From: Macrostomum lignano
Lineage: Eukaryota
Direction: 5' to 3'
Length of the DNA stretch: 51,515 nt
Assembly (NCBI GenBank): GCA_002269645.1
Contig: NIVC01003241.1
Location: 1 to 51,515 of the forward strand
Part shown: in pieces, positions 44,449 to 51,515 of the stretch
Layout of the letters: every line of letters starts with the position of its first letter
How positions within the stretch are numbered: the first letter of the stretch is position 1
Notes under the pieces: generated by a model
Seen by the model: the letters and a program-made list of their open reading frames with translations, nothing else
Databases searched by the model: none
What the model was told of the DNA's origin: nothing
Made by a program: the position numbers and the translations under genes

Positions 44449-47418
44449 ATGGAAGCCCAGCAACGCCGCGCCATTATGACTCGTTTAAGAGTGAAACGAT
44501 TTCGAGAACGCAAGACAGTGCAGCTTCTATTTCAAAGGCGACAACAGTGGTTACAATCTGGAACGACTGCAATGGGCGCCGCCATTGGAAATCCACAGAC
44601 GAATCGTGGTAATAAGCGCCGTCATCCAGACGACGACATCGGTAGCGAAGGTACTCCACAACCGCCATCTACCGGCGAAGGTACTCCACAACCGCCATCT
44701 ACCGGCGAAGCTACTTCACAACCGCCATCTACCGGCGAAGCTACTTCACAACCGCCATCTACCGGCGAAGCTACTTCACAACCGCCATCTACCGGCGAAG
44801 CTACTTCACAACCGCCATCTACCGGCGAAGCTACTTCACAACCGCCATCTACCGGCGAAGCCTCCACCAGCGAAACTGCCAGTGAAGCTGGCGATGCCAG
44901 CGAAGCTGCCGAAAGCTCTGCCAGCGAAACTGCCAGTGAAGCCGGCGATGCCAGTGAAGCTACCGAAAGCTCTGCCAGCGAAACTGCCAGTGAAGCCGGC
45001 GATGCCAGCGAAGCTACCGAAAGCTCTGCCAGCGAAACTGCTAGTGAAGCCGGCGATGCCAGCGAAGCTACCGAAAGCTCTGCCAGCCAAGCGCCTAGCG
45101 ACGATGCCGAATACAGCGATGACGGTGACGGCGATGATTATGATTCAGACGACGCTAAACTGCGTAACTTTTGCCAGTTGGTCGCCTATCCTGGCGCTAC
45201 TGTGTCATACGCTGCAATTGGAACCCTAGCTCAGTGTCTGGCCTTTGCGCAAAATCTTTCTGTACATGGTGTCGACAAATTGCTTGCCTACACAAAGGCC
45301 GTGCTTCCTGTAAATGCTGCGTTTCCACAGACCCGTCATATGCTGGACAATTTGCTAAACCTGACACCGTACTCCTACACGAGATGCAGACCTTCAGTGT
45401 ATTGTCTGAGCTGCGATCGCGAGATGCAACAACCGCGCCCAAATCACTGTCCGCATTGTAATGCTAGATTGGAATCGCCAGAGTCTGTTGGGCACTTCTG
45501 GCGAATGGATATAGGCAGCCAAGTACGACAGATGATCGAAGAATGCCATCTTCTAGACCACGTAATATATCCCGTCGATCAGCCGGCGAACGTGGGACGT
45601 CTTTACATGGGTAGCGGAACTGCGTATGCGGCATTCAAGCGGTCTATTGCACTGGGCTCACGAAGTGACCTCACGTATTCAGTGTGCATCGATGGCTTTC
45701 CAATTTTTAAAAGGTCTGTTATGGAAATGTGTCCAGTTTATGTCAGCATTAACGAAGTAACCGACAACATGAAGAGTAGATATGTCGTTGTAGCCGGCTT
45801 CTGGTCCGCTAAAAGGAAACTACGCTCCACTGCGTATCTCCCTTGGCTAGTAGAGCAACTGAATGCACTGCGGTCAGTTGGTATTGAATTCATGAAAGGT
45901 GCCGGTGTCGATGGCAAACAGGGTGGAAGAATTAGACTGCACCCACTAATGTTTATTCTAGACGCTCCGCAACGGGCAGAAACCAAATGCATGCGTCAGT
46001 TTAATGCCGAGTACGGGTGCGACAATTGCTACACTATCTCCCTGCACGACGCAGAACGTGGGGGCAGTGCGAGAATATATCCATGCGCAATGTCGGATGA
46101 TGCGATGCATGCAGCTCTGGCTGCCAATGTCACGCAGCCAACAGTTCGCAATCTGGCTGACACCGTGATGCTGGCAAACACTAAACCGGTATCAGCGGAG
46201 CACAACCTGGGAGTCATAGCGGTATCGCCACTTTATCGGCTTGAGGGCTTTGACTACATTCAAGGTTGTCCACCATGTTTCCTGCATCAATTGCTGACTG
46301 GTCTTGTCCGACGCACTATGGAGCAGTTATTTGTGCCAATTGGCAAGAAGCCCATGAGAGTGTGTCCCGCACCGGATTTGTCCAGACGACTTTCAGATAT
46401 TAACACTAGGCTGGCGACTATCCACGTGCCGGCGTCGCATCAGCGGGCCCCGCGCACGATGCATGAGCTAGGGCACTTCCGTGGGCACGAGCTCGAAGCG
46501 TGGCTACTTTGTTACGGACCAATGGTGCTAGGGGATGGCCTGCTTGATGCCAGTTACTACCAGCACTTTATGCTTCTGTCGTCTGCTATTTTCTGGCTTT
46601 GTCTCGATGGCGCACCGCACACGCAGATATTGCGAGCTGACGCTAACCTGAAGCACTTTTATAAAGAGCTGCGCAACCTTTTCGGAGCAGCCGCACAGAC
46701 GTATAATGCTCACCAGGTATGTGAGCATTTTAGTGCGTATGCTCTACTGCTAGGACCGCTGCATCGGGTATCAGCCGGACTTTTCGAGTCTATGCATGGT
46801 CGCTTGCGCTCGCGAGTTCACGGTACGCGACACTCAGACAAACAGTTGGTAAAGCAGCTAACTCGACGTGCGGCGACTCGTTATCTCAGCTCACTATTGG
46901 GTGTCAGAGACATTTTCAATAGCTCCAACCCAAAGGCGACAGATAGACCGGCATTGACAACCGCCGGTGGAGTGCGGCTGTACGAGCGCCGACAGGGACG
47001 TGGCTTCACGAGGGCTGTACTTCACAGTGGATGCCAGCTGGAGGTTTTTCGACCTGAGTTGCAATTCTGCAGATCTGCGTCCTGCTTCATCGCATTTAAT
47101 TGCGGCGCGACATTATTTGAGTTCGGTCGAGTGGAGTCGATTCGCGTTGCAGATGGCACTGCAAAATTGGTTGTTCGTCGTTTATTGACCGAGAAGTACT
47201 TGGAGCCACGCGATAATCCACTTTACTGCTTCTCTGGGCGTCGCCTACTTGGCGGTTGTGCGCTTGCGCACGTGCGTCGATTGCGACGAAGCCCTTTCGA
47301 CGAGGTGTCCAAGTTCTACTTCGAATTGGACCCGGTTGCCACCATCGTCAAATCTTGTGCCGTGTCGGACTCTCACGTGGCGTTTCTGCCACATGAACAA
47401 TTTTCCTTCGCAGCATAG
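44449..47418 (+). CDS. CACTA/EnSpm-type (CMC) transposase, 989 aa, intronless
   Basis: CLSC..CPHC; IDGFPIFK..CPVYVSINE; LDAPQRA..QFNAEYGCDNC; PCFLHQLLTG; FRGHELEAWLL.YGP; YNAHQV.EH; LGPLHRVSAGLFESMHG. These match the animal EnSpm motif series (DG / DxxAR..CxxC / [DC]xxH / HxxxH / FE). Confidence 0.9.
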   Translation: MEAQQRRAIMTRLRVKRFRERKTVQLLFQRRQQWLQSGTTAMGAAIGNPQTNRGNKRRHPDDDIGSEGTPQPPSTGEGTPQPPSTGEATSQPPSTGEATSQPPSTGEATSQPPSTGEATSQPPSTGEATSQPPSTGEASTSETASEAGDASEAAESSASETASEAGDASEATESSASETASEAGDASEATESSASETASEAGDASEATESSASQAPSDDAEYSDDGDGDDYDSDDAKLRNFCQLVAYPGATVSYAAIGTLAQCLAFAQNLSVHGVDKLLAYTKAVLPVNAAFPQTRHMLDNLLNLTPYSYTRCRPSVYCLSCDREMQQPRPNHCPHCNARLESPESVGHFWRMDIGSQVRQMIEECHLLDHVIYPVDQPANVGRLYMGSGTAYAAFKRSIALGSRSDLTYSVCIDGFPIFKRSVMEMCPVYVSINEVTDNMKSRYVVVAGFWSAKRKLRSTAYLPWLVEQLNALRSVGIEFMKGAGVDGKQGGRIRLHPLMFILDAPQRAETKCMRQFNAEYGCDNCYTISLHDAERGGSARIYPCAMSDDAMHAALAANVTQPTVRNLADTVMLANTKPVSAEHNLGVIAVSPLYRLEGFDYIQGCPPCFLHQLLTGLVRRTMEQLFVPIGKKPMRVCPAPDLSRRLSDINTRLATIHVPASHQRAPRTMHELGHFRGHELEAWLLCYGPMVLGDGLLDASYYQHFMLLSSAIFWLCLDGAPHTQILRADANLKHFYKELRNLFGAAAQTYNAHQVCEHFSAYALLLGPLHRVSAGLFESMHGRLRSRVHGTRHSDKQLVKQLTRRAATRYLSSLLGVRDIFNSSNPKATDRPALTTAGGVRLYERRQGRGFTRAVLHSGCQLEVFRPELQFCRSASCFIAFNCGATLFEFGRVESIRVADGTAKLVVRRLLTEKYLEPRDNPLYCFSGRRLLGGCALAHVRRLRRSPFDEVSKFYFELDPVATIVKSCAVSDSHVAFLPHEQFSFAA

Positions 47419-47581
47419 GGACATTGACTTATGGCGGATAGTCGCTTAGTTTCTTTTGGCGTAGTAGTATATATTTGTTAGCAGTAGTACATTTAGCCAA
47501 TTGGCTACATTTATAATGCATTAATCTATTATCGCGCATAACTGTGCTTTAATGATGCCAACTGTCTGAAACATACGCCAT

Positions 47582-47765
47582 CATGGGCGGCGGGAGCTTG
47601 CGGCACAGGGGGCACGTGCCTCCCCCCAGAAAATAAGTCCAGGCGGTAATTTTTAGTGCTTCCTCTGATTTTAGGCACTAATTAGCAGTAATTATGAAGG
47701 TACCTGTGCCCCCCTTGCCCTGTGCCTGGTGCCCCCCAAAAATATTAGACTCCGTCGCCCCCCTG
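47582..47765. mobile_element. hAT-type MITE nested in the CACTA element
   Basis: Perfect 8-bp TSD tacgccat (47574-47581, 47766-47773); imperfect TIRs catgggcggcgggag / ctccgtcgcccccctg. Confidence 0.75.
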
Positions 47766-49247
47766 TACGCCATCGTTTAACTCACATTGCTCTGTTCAAG
47801 GCTTCATCTCATATTCTGATCAATATGGGCAGCTGGCTACAGTCTGTAAATTTGCATGAAATACATGACGTTTATACCTGCTTCACTGGAAAATGAATAC
47901 ACTGCGTTAAATTTATTTCTAGAAATACGATCCACTGAAATATACTGCTATAGTGATAGTAAGATAGGATTCTCTTAAGTAGGTACCATCTTATACCTCT
48001 TAAAATGACAATCGCAACTACGGAATTAGAAGGTTAGTATTGTGCGACAAGTGAGAAACGCGTAGTGAAAAAAAACACGACGTCGTTAACAGGACTAAAA
48101 ATCAATATGGCGGACAAGTCACCGATTCAAATCTTTTTTTCGTTTTCGACTGTAAAAATTTAACCTTTTGAACAAACACTAAATACATCGAATTATACTG
48201 GCAAAACAGGCTCCTTAAGCCTGAGCCAAATTTGCTACTACAATGATTACTGTTACGTTTTCAGTGAACTGTCGATTAAGTTGTCTCATGTCTGTGGCTA
48301 TGTGAATACAAAATCTTTAGGCTCATTCCATATAAGCACAGGCATAACTGCTTTTTTTACTTATAAAATGAAATATAATAATAGAATATACTGGAGCAAT
48401 ATTTTAAATGATATATAATTTTGTCAAGAATATGTTTATAAACTTTCTTAACAAAACTGCTACTTTCTCAGCTAGGAAAGGGCTGGGTACACTGGAGAGC
48501 TCGAAAATAATCATCTCAGAGCAAGATAGTTCAGAAATCATTGAAAAAATAATTTAATGAATGAAACTTAAAGATTGCCAAACTTTCATATAGATGTCAT
48601 TATTAATATAGATGCTATTAGGCCCTAAGCATTGAGTGGCACTTATGTTTGTAATAGGCCTAACAGGATTACAGGATTTTTGGCATATAGAAACTAAACA
48701 GTTAAAGTCTTATAAAATTTTTCAAACATATAATATATGTAGAATATTTTGCAATGCATTTTTTTTAATTGGACTAAGAACATCTTCAGAAATCATACTC
48801 CTTTTGCAATATATAATTAAACTCAAAAAGGCAACAAAGATACATAAAAGGCAGCCTTATGGTCATAACACTTTTTTTGTAACTTTGAAGTACCAATATA
48901 TGAAATAGATAACAGATTTTCTGGTCACCAGTATTTTTATCTAGATAAAATCATAATAGCATTAGATCTGATGATGCAAGTACTATACTTTTATCTATAG
49001 TTTTTTTCAACCCTCCAAAGCTTTCTATTTGTTTTTAAAAGGTACAGAAACTTAATTATGTCTTTTGCTTATAAAAATGTCCAAAATTTTACAAAAATGA
49101 CTTTCTGCCACCTGATAACGACAACGTACTAATTAGACAACATTTTATCATTCATTTATTCTTCACCGGTAGATATTGCACATAAAAAACTTTTGGTACA
49201 AAAAATTAGCTGACAAATTTCTTAACTTCTTAGGTTGTGTTTGTTCT

Positions 49248-49441
49248 CAGTAACGCAACCAGAAATTTTTCAAGGGGGGGGGCGGATTCTGAGGTTAAAG
49301 TCCCGGGAGGGGGGGGGCGGCGGAGGGGTGGCTCTGTTTTTGGCGAAAATTCGCTTGGTCCCCCCTTTGATTTTTTTTTGGTCCCCCGCCTAAGGGGTGG
49401 GCGACCGCCCCCCCCCCCCCGCCCCCCTGGTTGCGCCACTG
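49248..49441. mobile_element. hAT-type MITE nested in the CACTA element
   Basis: TIRs cagtaacgcaaccag / ctggttgcgccactg (13/15); perfect 8-bp TSD tttgttct (49240-49247, 49442-49449). Confidence 0.85.
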
Positions 49442-49501
49442 TTTGTTCTTGTAATTATGCTATCCTACAATTAACCATTCCAGATTAACTCTAATTCTAC
49501 T

Positions 49502-50572
49502 ATGGCGGATGCAGACTCGCTAGATAGAATAATGCGGTCTGCAAGCATATTAAAAGATAATGTCACACATATTCTGAAAAATATTGATAGCAGCTGTTCA
49601 GTCATCTGTATGCTGCAGGAGCTGCCGCTGCAACAATCGGATCGCAAAGCGACTCTCTGCGACCTGCAAGATTGCTTCCATGGCCTGCATGGCGAACTGG
49701 CCCTGGTTGCTATGCAGGCTAGTGACATAAGCAAGCGATTGCTGCAATTGGACCACCCGGTGCCATCAGCTGGTCTAGCCGGCGCAGAAGCAAGTTCGGC
49801 AGCCCGATCACCCGATGATATTCAACGGGCCATTAAATTTTCCATTGCGCAACTGCCACCTGCGCAGCTGCCATCCGGCGCAGAACGTGCAGTGGACTGT
49901 GCACCCGCGAAGCCGCCATCCGGCGCAGAACGTGCAGTGGACTCAGACTGTGCACCCGCGAAGCCGCCATCCGGCGCAGCAAATAGTGCGGCATCGGTTT
50001 GTCCATCGTGTGCACCACTGTGCGCCAATGGCTTTAACTGGCCAGCAGCCTGGATCGACATGGCGTCAGACAAAGCTGCAGAAAAAGCTGTGGTGGTCGA
50101 CGTGCTGCAGCGAGTGGCCAAGCAGCTACCGGCACGGGCCGAGAGCCCAGCAAGATACACCGCTGCCGCATTGTCATCACGACAATGATTGCGTACCTGG
50201 CGCAACAAAGATCAAAAGGCGCCAGCCATGGTGACACGCCCGCTGAGGCGCAAAAGGCAATGGCCAACTGCCTGCGCATGATGTGCGATCGATATGTCCA
50301 AACTGTACTGGAGTCCGGCGAGGCGGTGCAACGGTCCGCCAACGGGCCGCCGGTCGCCGTAGTGTACGGCAAAGCAAAAGTATGCCGCCGTGTTTAAGCG
50401 CACTGGATTCTGTATTGCGCGAAAACTACAAAAATCGCTCAAATTGGCACCCAGCGGAAATGAGGTGGCGACGATCGACATCGATGCCGATGATGAGGAC
50501 GCCAACGTTGGCGACAACGGAGATCACAATGACGACGAAGCTGCAGCCTCTCATCCATCTGCAAATCCATGA
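49502..50572 (+). pseudogene. Probable CACTA accessory ORF2, split into three overlapping frames (49502-50188, 50185-50397, 50390-50572)
   Basis: GC-rich coding-like sequence inside the element; adjacent ORFs overlap by 4-8 nt, consistent with two single-base frameshifts. No family recognised. Confidence 0.5.
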
Positions 50573-50778
50573 GTCGAAGTGTACCAGACTGAAATGCAGC
50601 CATTTCGGGCATTTTATTATTTACTGGGCTTTTTCTGATCTTATCGGGAATAATGAAAGAAAATGGAGAGAGTGGGAGGGAGAAATTTGTGTATGCAACA
50701 TATCATTGTGCTAAACTAAACAAAGCTAAACTAAACCTAAAATTCGCAGTACAATGGGTTTCTAAAACTTTTGGTCGC

Positions 50779-50965
50779 GCACTTCTGCGATGTCCCACTA
50801 ATTCAACTAGTTCTTTTTGGTGCACTTCTGCGATGTCCCACTAATTCAACTAGTTCATTTTGGCGCACTTCTGCGATGTCCCACTAATTCAACTACTTCT
50901 TTTTGGCGCACTTCTGCGATGTCCCACTAATTCAACTACTTCTTTTTGGCGCACTTCTGCGATCG
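50779..50965. repeat. 43-bp tandem repeat, ~4.3 copies
   Basis: gcacttctgcgat at 50779, 50822, 50865, 50908 and 50951. Confidence 0.9.
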
Positions 50966-51139
50966 CTATGTACCATATAATAATGCATTTTAATAATAGC
51001 GCGCTTTGCGTATATAAAGCTTAATTGCCGCAATTACTGGTTACTTCACATCTAATATATTACTGCTGATTTGTATTCCTGTTACTTATTTGCACATTAT
51101 TTTGCACATACTGTTGGTCGATAGTCAGAAAAAACACAC

Positions 51140-51515
51140 AAGATCACAAAAACGGTCACAAAATATTGGTAACAGTAAACAGTAACATAGTTACCCTAAG
51201 CAAAACGGTCACAAAATACGGTAACATTAAACGGTAACATGTGACCCTGAACAAACGGTCACAAAATACGGTCACATTGAACGGTCACATGTGACCCTGA
51301 ACAAACGGTCACAAAATACGGTCACATTGACGGTCACATGTGACCCTAACAAACGGTCACAAAATACGGTCACTTGAACGGTCACATGTGACCCTAACAA
51401 ACGGTCACAAAATACCGGTAACATTGAACGGTCACATGTGACCTAAACAAACGGTCACAAAATACGGTAACATTGAACGGTAACATGTGACCCTGGACAA
51501 ACGGTCACAAAATAC
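51140..51515. repeat. Right subterminal array (~50-bp unit), reverse complement of the left array
   Basis: attgaacggtcacatgtgaccctgaacaaacggtcacaaaatacggtcac is close to the reverse complement of the 51-bp left unit. Confidence 0.95.

Larger units (their letters stand above)
42893..51515 (+). mobile_element. CACTA/EnSpm (CMC superfamily) DNA transposon, right end beyond window
   Basis: Candidate left terminus CACCCGTATAAAACG at 42893; 51-bp subterminal array 42920-44060; the reverse-complement array starts at ~51140; CMC transposase ORF lies between them. Confidence 0.8.

Noticed and set aside
46270-46290. CFLH in place of DYMH as a lost catalytic Asp of the transposase
   Set aside because: This position is the [C/D]xxH motif; the catalytic D, D, E appear to be IDG, LDAP and FES, all present.

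Overview
Eukaryotic (animal) genomic DNA, not prokaryotic: spliceosomal introns, satellite-filled introns and animal-type transposons. The style resembles the repeat-rich flatworm Macrostomum lignano, but that is inference only. Contents: (i) 1-4.2 kb, nested decayed Ty3/Gypsy fragments; (ii) three diverged, co-oriented paralogous CUB-like + C-type-lectin + transmembrane receptor genes (6.4-9.4, 16.2-19.2, 21.3-30.4 kb) with METAP1 between the first two; (iii) COA5 and ALG13, the latter needing a GC-AG intron; (iv) a 4-exon, 597-aa gene combining an N-terminal CDCA7/WDR76-type helix with a stand-alone SRA methyl-cytosine reader domain; (v) from 42.9 kb to the window end, a CACTA/EnSpm (CMC) DNA transposon with an uninterrupted 989-aa transposase ORF, long inverted subterminal arrays and two nested hAT MITEs. 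There are about 20 distinct mini/microsatellite arrays, several MITEs with target-site duplications (TSDs) and a tRNA-derived SINE. All recognisable host genes are on the + strand. Most long ORFs in the supplied track are satellite artefacts. Exon models were built by hand from splice signals and phase arithmetic; family assignments rest on remembered motifs, not database searches.
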